NCBI GenBank assembly: GCA_963706575.1 | Contig: CAVPNL010000006.1 | Span: 32,001-96,000 of the forward strand | Length of the DNA stretch: 64,000 nucleotides | Source: an uncultured delta proteobacterium | GTDB taxonomy: Bacteria; Desulfobacterota; Desulfobacteria; Desulfobacterales; JAHEIW01 | Reading direction: 5' to 3' | Part shown: positions 9,168-18,365 of the stretch, piece by piece | Layout: each line of letters opens with the position of its first letter | Position numbering within the stretch: position 1 is the stretch's first letter | Made by a program: the position numbers and the translations under genes | Notes under the pieces: model-generated | Seen by the model: only the letters and a program-made list of their open reading frames with translations | What the model was told of the DNA's origin: nothing | The model's database searches: none

Positions 9168-9261
9168 GTGTTTAGTATTTGGTTTTTAGTGTTTAGTGCG
9201 CCAAAAACGGACACACCTTCATTAATTTCAAACTAAACACCAAACACTAAATACCAAACAC
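9168..9261. repeat. Heptamer-periodic inverted-repeat element
   Basis: Left arm of GTGTTTA/GTATTTG/GTTTTTA units (9168-9198) is complementary to right arm of ACTAAAC/ACCAAAC/ACTAAAT units (9231-9261). Confidence 0.75.
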
Positions 9262-9286
9262 CTGTTGAATTTGCCTTTTTGCGATT

Positions 9287-10135
9287 TTATTTGGCCGGTG
9301 CACTTAAAGTACGCGCTAGCCAATTGTGAATTTCCCTTTTCAAAATTTCATAAAAAGCCTCCGAGCCGCCCAGGCCCCGGCGGCCGAAAAAATAATTTAT
9401 TTCAAGCATCAATGGTTTAATGTATTCTTTTACCGGCGCAAAGATGACATCGAAGCCGGCCAGGTTGATACCGGTTTTGTTGCAAAGATTTTTTACAAAC
9501 ACCTTCGCGACATTTTGCCGCTCTGGCTCCAGTTCTGTATCGATACGTGCTCCGCGGGACACACTGGACATAAAACCGTCGGTGTTTTCCTGAATCCGCC
9601 AATATGAAATCAGGGTCCGGCCGATGATGACCACCCGCAGGGTTTTACCTTCGGTGGGCACGTATTCCTGCAGCAAAAAGCCCTTTTGACCTGAACCTTC
9701 AAAATCAGCGGCCTGTTGCAAAACGCTTTTAAAATCTTCTCGTGAGTTTAACAGGTAAACGGTTTCGCCTTCACCCCCCCAGTCAAACTTAAAAACGCAC
9801 GGCAGCTCAAAGGCAATATCTTTTGGGCCGTCACCGTATTGCCGCCTGTAATCGTCCAGCGACGCATATGTTTCGGCGTGCGGGTGAGCCGTGCCGTTTG
9901 TTTGAAACAGGCGCATCTGGCCGATTTTCCCGGGATAATTAAAGCGGGCCTCATAATCGGGAAATACATGCCGGCAGTTGTCCCTGGCCATTTCATACAG
10001 GGATTGGCGGCACCCCTGGGGCAAAATAACGGCTTCGGCCGCCTTTACGGCCGCAAGGTCATCGGCGTCGGGCTCCCGCCCGGCACAAATGATGTTTTTG
10101 TCGGCTTCAAACATGGGATGAAAGGAAACGATCAT
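9287..10135 (-). CDS. RimK-like ATP-grasp protein
   Basis: PCVFKFDWGGEG, FLLQEYV, LAGFDVI, LEINY motifs. Confidence 0.8.
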   Translation of the reverse strand: MIVSFHPMFEADKNIICAGREPDADDLAAVKAAEAVILPQGCRQSLYEMARDNCRHVFPDYEARFNYPGKIGQMRLFQTNGTAHPHAETYASLDDYRRQYGDGPKDIAFELPCVFKFDWGGEGETVYLLNSREDFKSVLQQAADFEGSGQKGFLLQEYVPTEGKTLRVVIIGRTLISYWRIQENTDGFMSSVSRGARIDTELEPERQNVAKVFVKNLCNKTGINLAGFDVIFAPVKEYIKPLMLEINYFFGRRGLGGSEAFYEILKREIHNWLARTLSAPAK

Positions 10136-10367
10136 AAATATTTAGCTCATAGCTCACAGCTGAAAGCGCAAAGTCAAATAATTATTGCTGTACATCAATT
10201 CTGGTAGAAAATAACAAGACCAGCTATTATGTCAACTCTTTCAACTAAACGTGAGCGGGGAATATATCGGAGAAATCTCTGACGTTTAGGAAAGAATAAA
10301 ATGATAAGTCGCCCGGGCGAACTTTGATTCGACAGGGATACGTTTTAAAAAAAATAATGCCGAAGAT

Positions 10368-11267
10368 TTAAAAATCGCTTTTATTCAACTGGAGCAAAAT
10401 AATCGATACGATCACGATTATCCCGCCAGTGATCTGCAGCGGCCGCATGATTTCACCCAAAAAAATACTGGCAATCACGCCAGCTGATATCGGTTCCAAT
10501 GTCGCTGTAATACTGGCAGCAGTGGGCCGTATTCTTTTGATGCCTTCAAAATAGAGCCCAAAGGGCAAAACGGTTCCGAAAATACCAATAAAAAAAATCC
10601 AGCCCCATTGCACCGCCGAGTATCTGTGCAGAATCGCCTCCAAAGGCGGGTGCAGGATATTCCACATCAAAGCAGCGAAAAGCATACCATAGAGCAAAAC
10701 CGTCCAGGGCGCATATTTGCGCATGCCGTACTCACTTAAAACCGAATATACGGCAAATGCGACGGCGGCAAGCAGGCCGCTGATAATTCCGAGGCGGTTT
10801 AATTCCAATAGCTGCAGATTATAAGCACCGACCACTAAATAACACCCGACCAATGTCCCGAAAATGGCCAGGATGCTTATACGGCCGATTGTCTGTCGTT
10901 GAACAAACACAACATAAAGCGCGACGAATACGGGGCCGGTGTAATGAAGCAATATGGCGGCAGCCACCTTAATTTTGCTGATGGCAAACAGATATAGAAA
11001 TTGGGCCGCACCAATTCCGAAAACGCCCAGAGCCAGAAAATACGGCAAATCTGATATCGAAATCTTAAGAAGTGCCGAATGTCTCAAACACAGCCATATC
11101 AGCAGGCAGGTAAATGCCATTGTGGTTCTCAGTTGAATCAGCTGATAGGGGGTGATGCCGGAATGAAAAAGAAACTTGGCGGAGGTCCCGGATACGGCAA
11201 ACAAAACCGCCGCCAGGGCAACATAGAAATATCCGAGCCTGCCGGATTGTCGATCCTCAATATGCAT
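10368..11267 (-). CDS. EamA/DMT family transporter
   Basis: Ten hydrophobic segments in two repeats; ASITATLEP motif. Confidence 0.9.
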   Translation of the reverse strand: MHIEDRQSGRLGYFYVALAAVLFAVSGTSAKFLFHSGITPYQLIQLRTTMAFTCLLIWLCLRHSALLKISISDLPYFLALGVFGIGAAQFLYLFAISKIKVAAAILLHYTGPVFVALYVVFVQRQTIGRISILAIFGTLVGCYLVVGAYNLQLLELNRLGIISGLLAAVAFAVYSVLSEYGMRKYAPWTVLLYGMLFAALMWNILHPPLEAILHRYSAVQWGWIFFIGIFGTVLPFGLYFEGIKRIRPTAASITATLEPISAGVIASIFLGEIMRPLQITGGIIVIVSIILLQLNKSDF

Positions 11268-11280
11268 CTATGTCACCCTT

Positions 11281-12051
11281 TCAGAAGCTTTCGAAGCTAC
11301 CCCGGCGGCCGAGTCCGTCTGCGAAGCGAGTTGCACCCCGGCGCGCTTCTTCACGAAGCGGCCGATCTCCTTCAATTGCCTCATTGCGCAGCGCTTCAAC
11401 CAGATCCAGATCCCACTGACGGTGACACGACATTCTGTCCGCACGCATGCACACCTGCGGGAAGCGTGCGATCTCGGCCGCAAGGCGCTGGGCTTCTGGG
11501 CGTGCCTGGCCGTGTGGAACGACACGGTTGGCCAAACCCCACGTCAGCGCCTCATCAGCGCCCACCGGGCGACCTGTCAAAATCATATCCAGGGCGCGAC
11601 TCCCTCCGATTAGTCTGGGCAAGCGTACAGTGCCCCCATCGATCAGCGGCACTCCCCATCGCCGGCAGAAGACACCGAATATGGCATCCGCCTCCATGAT
11701 CCGAAGGTCGCACCACAAGGCCAGTTCAAGACCGCCCGCCACGGCGTACCCGTCCACGGCGGCGATCACCGGCTTGTTAAGAAGACGACGTGACACGCCC
11801 AGCGCGCCGTCACCTTCGGAATCGTACGACTCCGGGAAACCTTCAGTTGTGAACTCCTTAAGATCCCAGCCTGCACAGAAACATCCACCGGCGCCAGCAA
11901 GTACCGCCACCGCCGACGCTTCGTCCCGTTCAAAGGATTCAAAGGCCTCCCGAAGTTCGCCGGCGGTCTGTTCATTTACCGCGTTTCGTCGTTCAGGACG
12001 GTTAATGATCACTGTTTTTACCGGACCGCTCTGCTCAACCAATACATTCAT
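11281..12051 (-). CDS. Crotonase / enoyl-CoA hydratase family protein
   Basis: INRPERRNA, FCAGWD, GYAVAGGLELALWCD, GVFCRRWGVPLIDGG; start placed at ATG 12051 after GGAGGA. Confidence 0.9.
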   Translation of the reverse strand: MNVLVEQSGPVKTVIINRPERRNAVNEQTAGELREAFESFERDEASAVAVLAGAGGCFCAGWDLKEFTTEGFPESYDSEGDGALGVSRRLLNKPVIAAVDGYAVAGGLELALWCDLRIMEADAIFGVFCRRWGVPLIDGGTVRLPRLIGGSRALDMILTGRPVGADEALTWGLANRVVPHGQARPEAQRLAAEIARFPQVCMRADRMSCHRQWDLDLVEALRNEAIEGDRPLREEARRGATRFADGLGRRGSFESF

Positions 12052-12173
12052 TGTTATTCCTCCGTGAATAAGAAGGGGTTTTCCCATTTTTGGCCAGCTG
12101 TTCAGCTACCGGCAGCTGCTCAACCGGCGGGTAGCGATGCCGGAAAGGACGGGCCTTAAATTTGTCCCAATTG

Positions 12174-12737
12174 CTATTTATTGCGCTTAAATATTATCCG
12201 AAAGTTCGGGAAAAACATCGGTGTCCTTTTTCGATATTCAATATAATCCTCACCCAGCCGTTTTATGAGTTCCGGCTCCTCAATAACCTTCAGTTCCCAG
12301 ACATTTATCAAAATGAAAAGCGGTGTGAATACAACGAGAAGAGAAGCAGATCCGAGGAACACACCAAAACCAAAGAGCAGCGCAAATATGCCGGTCAGCA
12401 TTGGATTGCGCACATAGGCGTAAGGTCCGGTTGTGACCAATCGGGGTGGCGGGTTGAAAGGAACCGGCGTGCCCTTTGCTTTAAAAAAGTTTAGAACCGA
12501 CCATCCGAGCAAAAACAAAGCAATCGAAAAAATAGGTAAAGCCAAAATGACAGAAAGCGATCGGGGAAATATTTCGTTAATACCCAATAACCGATCCATT
12601 TGCAAAGCGACAACCACAAAAGAAAATATCAATAAGCCATAGAAGAATGCCCCGATCGGTGTAAAAAAGTTTCGGATTTTTCTACTGCCCGTCGCCACAC
12701 GATACAAAAATTCAATCCATTTAGATTTTATTGTCAT
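12174..12737 (-). CDS. Isoprenylcysteine carboxyl methyltransferase / PEMT family membrane protein
   Basis: LVTTGPYAYVRNPM and EEPELIKRLGEDYIEY motifs. Confidence 0.85.
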   Translation of the reverse strand: MTIKSKWIEFLYRVATGSRKIRNFFTPIGAFFYGLLIFSFVVVALQMDRLLGINEIFPRSLSVILALPIFSIALFLLGWSVLNFFKAKGTPVPFNPPPRLVTTGPYAYVRNPMLTGIFALLFGFGVFLGSASLLVVFTPLFILINVWELKVIEEPELIKRLGEDYIEYRKRTPMFFPNFRIIFKRNK

Positions 12738-13294
12738 GATTGGCTGAGCCTGACGGCTGTTCCGTACACTAACAGTTCAGCGGCACTGCCAATTACGCTG
12801 GTCGTCATGTAGCGAATATTGATGACGGCATCGGCTCCCAATTCAACAGCCTTAGCCGTCATTCTCTCGGTAGCGATTGACCGGGCGCTGCCCATCATTT
12901 CCGTGTATTCAGTTAATTCACCGCCAAGAATCAGCCGGACGATGGCGGATAGGTCTTTGCCAAGCCATATGGCATAGACGGTATGACCCTGGACCAGACC
13001 GAGAATCTCAGTGATTTCTCGACCGGGCAGTTCATCGGAACTCAACAGCAAAACCCTGCAATCAGATGCGGTCGTCGTCTGCGCTTCAGCGGATTTCCTG
13101 TGTGCCCGTTGTTCGAGAGCCAGTGTCGCCAATACCACAAGGATGCCCCCCAAAAGGCAGAAAACCGCCAACCGCAACCACCAGGGCACGACCGGATTAT
13201 CGGCAGTCATTACGTACCATGGCATCCCTACAAATACGGCAGTAAAAAGCCCGAGCACGAACGCCACCGAGCCAATGTGTCTAATTGCTTTCAT
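12734..13294 (-). CDS. YbjQ/UPF0145 domain protein with two N-terminal TM helices
   Basis: GGELTEYTEMM...LGADAVINIRY...ELLVYGTAV; stop overlaps next start (ATGA). Confidence 0.85.
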   Translation of the reverse strand: MKAIRHIGSVAFVLGLFTAVFVGMPWYVMTADNPVVPWWLRLAVFCLLGGILVVLATLALEQRAHRKSAEAQTTTASDCRVLLLSSDELPGREITEILGLVQGHTVYAIWLGKDLSAIVRLILGGELTEYTEMMGSARSIATERMTAKAVELGADAVINIRYMTTSVIGSAAELLVYGTAVRLSQS

Positions 13295-13314
13295 GGTTTC
13301 TCCTTTTTGACGGA

Positions 13315-16300
13315 TTATGCACCGCGATTTGAAAAAACTTTTTTAATCGGATCCGCATTTAGAAAGCCTGACTTCAGCTCATTGTCAGAGAGACGGTTTG
13401 CAGCGTCGTTGATGAGTTGAGCCGCCAGTCCCCAATTATCCCTTGCCTCGCTGGACCTTCCCGCATTATGGAAAGCAGATGCTAACGAGGCATACGCCTG
13501 CCACAGCTGGCGAGGGTTGCCCACTTCTTCGAGGATGTGAATCGATTCTCTAAGATAATTAAGCGCGTTTTCAAACTCATTTTGCTTGAGAAGCAACTCG
13601 CCTGCCAGGCGTAAAAAACATCCCTGCCGCTTTTTCATGAGTTTGTCTTTTGCCAATTTGAGGTTTTCTTGAATGATGGTATCTGCCTGAACCGTATCGT
13701 TTCTAATCAGCAGAATCTGGGCAGTTAAATAATTCATGCGGGATTCCCATTGGTGACGGAAGTAATTAAAATCTTCACCTTTTGCTTCCACCCTGAAGGA
13801 TTGTATTCCATTCCAGGCTTCATCCAAATTGCCCTGATCAAAATTATTCTCCATTACATTAATATAACTCTGAGCAAGCATTTCAGCATATTGGTGCCTG
13901 CCTATGGGGTATTTTATCAGAAGGCTGCGAGCAATTTCTTCTCCTCTTTTATTTAGCGCCGCTGCGCGCGCGATGTTATGGATTTCTCCGTAACAGTAAC
14001 CCAGACAGTTATACAGGCATGCGAGTCGTATCGAGACGCCAAATTTTTCGCAAACATCGATCGCATTTTTTAAAATCGCAATTCCCTCCTCAATTCTCCC
14101 GGTCTCTGCCAGAGCGGTGCCTCGGGTAAAAACAACATAGCTCATGCCCGTCATGTTAAACATCTCACGTGCGATTTCAGCGATACCCTCGGTCAACTCG
14201 ATGGTCTTTTGCGGCCGGCCAAACCACCTCTCTGTGACGGATCGATGTGCGCATGCATAGGCGATGACTTCGGGATTCCCGGATTCCGCGGCCATTCTTT
14301 CGGCTTCAATGTGGATTTGCTTTGCTTTGCGAGGCCGGCCGTCAAGAATCATTCGCGTACCCATTGACGACAGAATAGTACTCTCGAGGGCCATATCGCC
14401 CATCTCCTGGGCCCGGGCAATGCCTTCTTTTAGAATACTTTCAGCTTCAGCTTTTACAGGCCACATATGCATCAAGAAGCTATATGCAAAAAGATTCTCC
14501 TTTTCGTAGTCAATAAAGCCATGCTGTCTGCTGAGATCGATGGCCTTTCCGCATGCTCCCACGCTCTTTCCTATGGCACCGATGTCAATGTACGCATTGG
14601 TGAGTCCTGTGTGTATACGAATCTGTGCTTCTGGATCCAATGCGATATTATGCGTTTCAGCCACCACCAGTGCCTTTTCAAAGAAATCACAGGCAGTCTG
14701 AGCGGCACTATGCTGATTTGATTTTTCACCGGCCAGTATCAAATAATCGGTTGCTTTTTTTTGATTGCCGCTGCGCTCGTAATGATATGCGAGCAATTCA
14801 TAGTGTACCTCTAGCTGATGGGCATAAATTTCTTCGATCGCCTGGGCGATGCGACCGTGGAGCTCTTTGCGCCGCTGCTTCAGTAAACTCTCATAGGCGA
14901 CTTCCTGGGTAAGGGCGTGTTTGAAAATGTACTCCAGCTCCGGATACAGAACCTTTTCATAAAGAATTTCCAGCCCGACCAGGTTGGTCAGATGAGCCCT
15001 TAACTCATCTCCCAGCGCCATCGTATTTTTGAGCAGGCGAAACGCAAAATCTCTTCCGATGACACTTGCCACCTGAATCGTCTTTTTGAGATCCTCGCTT
15101 AACCGGTCCATTCGGGCTGCTAAAACGCCCTGGATGGTGCGGGGAATTTCTAATTTGTTGATAGGCTGTACGGATATATACGTATCCCCTTTCTTTACAA
15201 GTTCCCCGCGGTCAAGAAGCTCTCTGATTGTCTCTTCGACGAAGAAGGGGTTCCCACTGGCCCTTTCAATCAGTTTTTTTTCGAGGCCCGGTTCTAAAGC
15301 AACCCCGCCGAGTATGTTGCGCATCAGGCGGATAGAAGAATTAGAGCTAAGGGTCTCAAGTCCCAGCCTCTGATAATGAGCACCTTGCGCCCATGTGGGC
15401 GCACCTTCCGGGCGGTAGGTTGCAATCATAAGGATCTGGCTTTTAACGAAAGACCGTGAAAAATAGGTGAACAACTCTTCAGAAATTTTATCCATCCAGT
15501 GGACGTCATCTAAAAAAAGAACCAGCGGTTTCTTTTCGCTAATTTTAAAAAGAAGTTCTTTGACCGCTTCAAAAGTGCCAAATTTGCGGCCTTCAGAATC
15601 AAGCAAATCCAATATCGGGTCATCCACCCGCAGCGAAAGTAGATTCCGGTAAAATGGGATCATCGATGCAAGACCGTCCGTGGCTTTTTCCTCGATATGC
15701 CTCGAAATATCTTCTTCAGTCATTCCTTCTGCGATTCCAAACGCCAATTTGACCACGTCGATCACCGGCAGAAAGCTAATGTTGCGGCCATAATGGATAC
15801 AAATTCCGCTAAGAAATCTAGCCGCATTACCGAGCGTTTCACGAAATTCATATACCAGACGGCTCTTTCCGACACCGGCCTCACCCACCACATCCACTAT
15901 CTGGGCGTCACCGTTTTTAGCTTTTTTAAAAGCGGCCTGCAGGGCTTGCATTTCAGGACCGCGCCCGACAAATTGGGTTACCCCGCGCATTAAAACCGCC
16001 TCAAAGCGGGTACGCACGCCGGGCCGCTCCGCGATCACACAGTAGGTTGGCTGCGGCCGGGATTTACCTTTTAGCTGGATTTCCCCAACCGGCCTGTTTT
16101 GAAAGTAATCCCGTATGATATTTTGTGTTTCTTGACTTACCCACACTTCTCCGGGATTGGCGTTTTGCTGAATCCGGGCGGCGAGATTCGTTGTATCACC
16201 CACAGCAGTATAGTCCATCCTTAGATCATCCCCGATAGAGCCCACGATTACCGGGCCTGAGTTAAGGCCGATTCTCATACGAAACTCAGCCCCGGTCTTC

Positions 16301-16836
16301 TGTTTTATCTTTTCACAATATCCGCCCATTGCTTTTTGAATGGATAATGCGGCGGTACAGGCTCTCTGCGCATGGTCCTCATGGGCTAGCGGCGCACCAA
16401 AAAGCGCCATGACGCCATCACCGGTAAACTGGTTGATGGTACCCTCATACCTGTGAATCTCATCCATCAGGATTTTAAAACACCCATCCATCATCTGGTG
16501 AACTTCTTCCGGGTCAATTTTTTCTGAAATAGACGTATAATTGGCCACATCCGCAAAAAGAACGGTGACCAGCTTGCGTTCACCTTCAATGGAGCTGCGG
16601 GTTGTAAGGATCTTGTCCGCTAAAAATCTGGGGGTGTAGGACTGGGGTTCCGAGTAGTGAACTGGAGGGGCTATGGCAGGTTTACTTAAATCGTATCCGC
16701 ATTCATCACAAAATTTGCTGTCGGGTGTAATAAACGCATCGCACTTCGGGCAGGCAAGCTCTAATTTAGCGCCGCATTCCTTACAAAATTTGGCCCCTTC
16801 ACGATTTTCAAACTGGCATTTTGGGCACTTCACCAT
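13315..16836 (-). CDS. Double zinc ribbon + class III nucleotide cyclase + STAND/AAA ATPase + TPR protein (paralogue 1)
   Basis: CPKC/CKEC/CPKC/CDEC; VLFADV...FTGDGVMALFG...GDTTNLAAR; GEAGVGKS Walker A, LDDVHW Walker B; helical repeats at C-terminus. Confidence 0.9.
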   Translation of the reverse strand: MVKCPKCQFENREGAKFCKECGAKLELACPKCDAFITPDSKFCDECGYDLSKPAIAPPVHYSEPQSYTPRFLADKILTTRSSIEGERKLVTVLFADVANYTSISEKIDPEEVHQMMDGCFKILMDEIHRYEGTINQFTGDGVMALFGAPLAHEDHAQRACTAALSIQKAMGGYCEKIKQKTGAEFRMRIGLNSGPVIVGSIGDDLRMDYTAVGDTTNLAARIQQNANPGEVWVSQETQNIIRDYFQNRPVGEIQLKGKSRPQPTYCVIAERPGVRTRFEAVLMRGVTQFVGRGPEMQALQAAFKKAKNGDAQIVDVVGEAGVGKSRLVYEFRETLGNAARFLSGICIHYGRNISFLPVIDVVKLAFGIAEGMTEEDISRHIEEKATDGLASMIPFYRNLLSLRVDDPILDLLDSEGRKFGTFEAVKELLFKISEKKPLVLFLDDVHWMDKISEELFTYFSRSFVKSQILMIATYRPEGAPTWAQGAHYQRLGLETLSSNSSIRLMRNILGGVALEPGLEKKLIERASGNPFFVEETIRELLDRGELVKKGDTYISVQPINKLEIPRTIQGVLAARMDRLSEDLKKTIQVASVIGRDFAFRLLKNTMALGDELRAHLTNLVGLEILYEKVLYPELEYIFKHALTQEVAYESLLKQRRKELHGRIAQAIEEIYAHQLEVHYELLAYHYERSGNQKKATDYLILAGEKSNQHSAAQTACDFFEKALVVAETHNIALDPEAQIRIHTGLTNAYIDIGAIGKSVGACGKAIDLSRQHGFIDYEKENLFAYSFLMHMWPVKAEAESILKEGIARAQEMGDMALESTILSSMGTRMILDGRPRKAKQIHIEAERMAAESGNPEVIAYACAHRSVTERWFGRPQKTIELTEGIAEIAREMFNMTGMSYVVFTRGTALAETGRIEEGIAILKNAIDVCEKFGVSIRLACLYNCLGYCYGEIHNIARAAALNKRGEEIARSLLIKYPIGRHQYAEMLAQSYINVMENNFDQGNLDEAWNGIQSFRVEAKGEDFNYFRHQWESRMNYLTAQILLIRNDTVQADTIIQENLKLAKDKLMKKRQGCFLRLAGELLLKQNEFENALNYLRESIHILEEVGNPRQLWQAYASLASAFHNAGRSSEARDNWGLAAQLINDAANRLSDNELKSGFLNADPIKKVFSNRGA

Positions 16837-16901
16837 TGCGCCCTCCATTTTTAATTTTAGCTGTTTGAATCATTATGAAGGAATTTCTGATTGTCAGTCA
16901 G

Positions 16902-16956
16902 GAAATATCGTAATTAATATTTAATGTCAATTAAACGGACACTTAATATGTTGTGG
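16902..16956 (-). promoter_or_regulatory. Sigma-70 promoter with upstream NrdR-box-like site (cyclase paralogue 1)
   Basis: TTGACA (16925-16930), 17 nt, TATTTC; CCACAACATATTAAGT at 16941-16956; same layout at 25265-25319 and 49864-49918. Confidence 0.6.
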
Positions 16957-17052
16957 TTGGATGGCAAGAAGAAATGTTGCCTTAGCTTGTATCGCAAGTT
17001 TTGAGGGTAGGTCAATTCTGCTAGATGTTGAAGGTATCAATAATTTCGAAAG

Positions 17053-17085
17053 AAAAATAAAGCAGGGCCTCAGATGGCCCCGCTT
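17053..17085 (-). terminator. Rho-independent terminator-like hairpin
   Basis: Minus strand AAGCGGGGCC-ATCTGA-GGCCCTGCTT followed by a U-rich tract. Confidence 0.6.
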
Positions 17086-17357
17086 CGATAGTTTATAGCT
17101 AACCGGCAATACACATGGCTAACCTTACAAGAGACGAAAGTTTGAGTGAAACAAGTGTCCATTTCAGTAGGAGCGGCAAATTAATTGGCGAAGCGTCTCT
17201 CAATAGGCGAATATGAATCTGAGGGAGAAGAGATGAATTGAGGTGTGAAATTGAGTTTCAATATGCGTGCAATTGATATTCTAATATTTAAAATTTGAGA
17301 TAGATGTTAAGAAAAATACATTTATTGGTCAAACATCAAAGCGCTATGAAACGAATT

Positions 17358-18365
17358 TTAGTCGATTTGCCCGCGGCCGTGAAATATCCGTGACGGCATA
17401 TAACCATGCCAGATGATGTCTTTTTGGCTCAGGTACTGGCTGGCCGCTTCGTCCGGCGGGCGGTAAACGAGCCGAAATTGTTCGGACCCGTCCAGGGTGC
17501 CGATCTGCTTGACCTGGCCGTCGGCCTCGACCAGCCATCTTTCGGTGGAAAAATCAAAATCAAAACGCATGCGCTGCTCGGGCGCCAGGGTGACGACATC
17601 AACGTCGGAAGGCCAGGCGTCTTCGCACGGATTATGCGCCGGCGCCCATTTTTTCTTGGCCCAGGGCACCGCTTCCAGACTAAAAGAGCAATAATCCGGC
17701 AGATTGACAATTCCCAGTGGCTTTTCAGAAGCATTGGCCAGGGTCAACCGAACCGTGGCGCTTTTGGGAGCCTCCTCCTCAGAGTTTCCCCGCCGGTGTC
17801 GTATAACATGGGTGCCGATTCCCAGCGGGCTCCAGCGATATCCCCTTATTACCGCCTTGCCACCCGGGCTGATGGCGATTTCCATTTCCAACGGGATCTG
17901 GACGTCGGTCCAGTTCCCGCGGCGTTTTTCAATGGCCCGGCCCCGGCCCTGCTCGACAAAATAGGCTTCGATGCCGTAATTGATCCAGATCGGGTTGCTT
18001 GCCCGCAGGGTCCGATATGGATAGGGCAGGCGACCGGCAAGGTACATACCGTCTGCCGGTTTTTCGCGACCGGCATCCACCAGTTCATAAAGCCCGTTGG
18101 GACCCTCTTTCAGGGAGACATAAATTTTATCGCCCTTTTTTAAATCGCCGACACTGTCGACGCCTTTTAACCGGTTGACCGGAATCCGTGATATTTCATA
18201 ATTGAGGCGCACGTAATCACCCCTGAACATGTCACGCGGGTCAATGGGGGCGGTACGCAGATGGATGACTTTACCGTTGCGCAGGATATATTCGCGTTCC
18301 CCGGCCATGTAGGCCAGCACGATGAGCTGCAAAACGACAGCCAGTATGACAAATGATTTCCTCAT
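17358..18365 (-). CDS. GDYXXLXY domain protein
   Basis: PIDPRDMFRGDYVRLNY and YGIEAYFV motifs. Confidence 0.9.
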   Translation of the reverse strand: MRKSFVILAVVLQLIVLAYMAGEREYILRNGKVIHLRTAPIDPRDMFRGDYVRLNYEISRIPVNRLKGVDSVGDLKKGDKIYVSLKEGPNGLYELVDAGREKPADGMYLAGRLPYPYRTLRASNPIWINYGIEAYFVEQGRGRAIEKRRGNWTDVQIPLEMEIAISPGGKAVIRGYRWSPLGIGTHVIRHRRGNSEEEAPKSATVRLTLANASEKPLGIVNLPDYCSFSLEAVPWAKKKWAPAHNPCEDAWPSDVDVVTLAPEQRMRFDFDFSTERWLVEADGQVKQIGTLDGSEQFRLVYRPPDEAASQYLSQKDIIWHGYMPSRIFHGRGQID

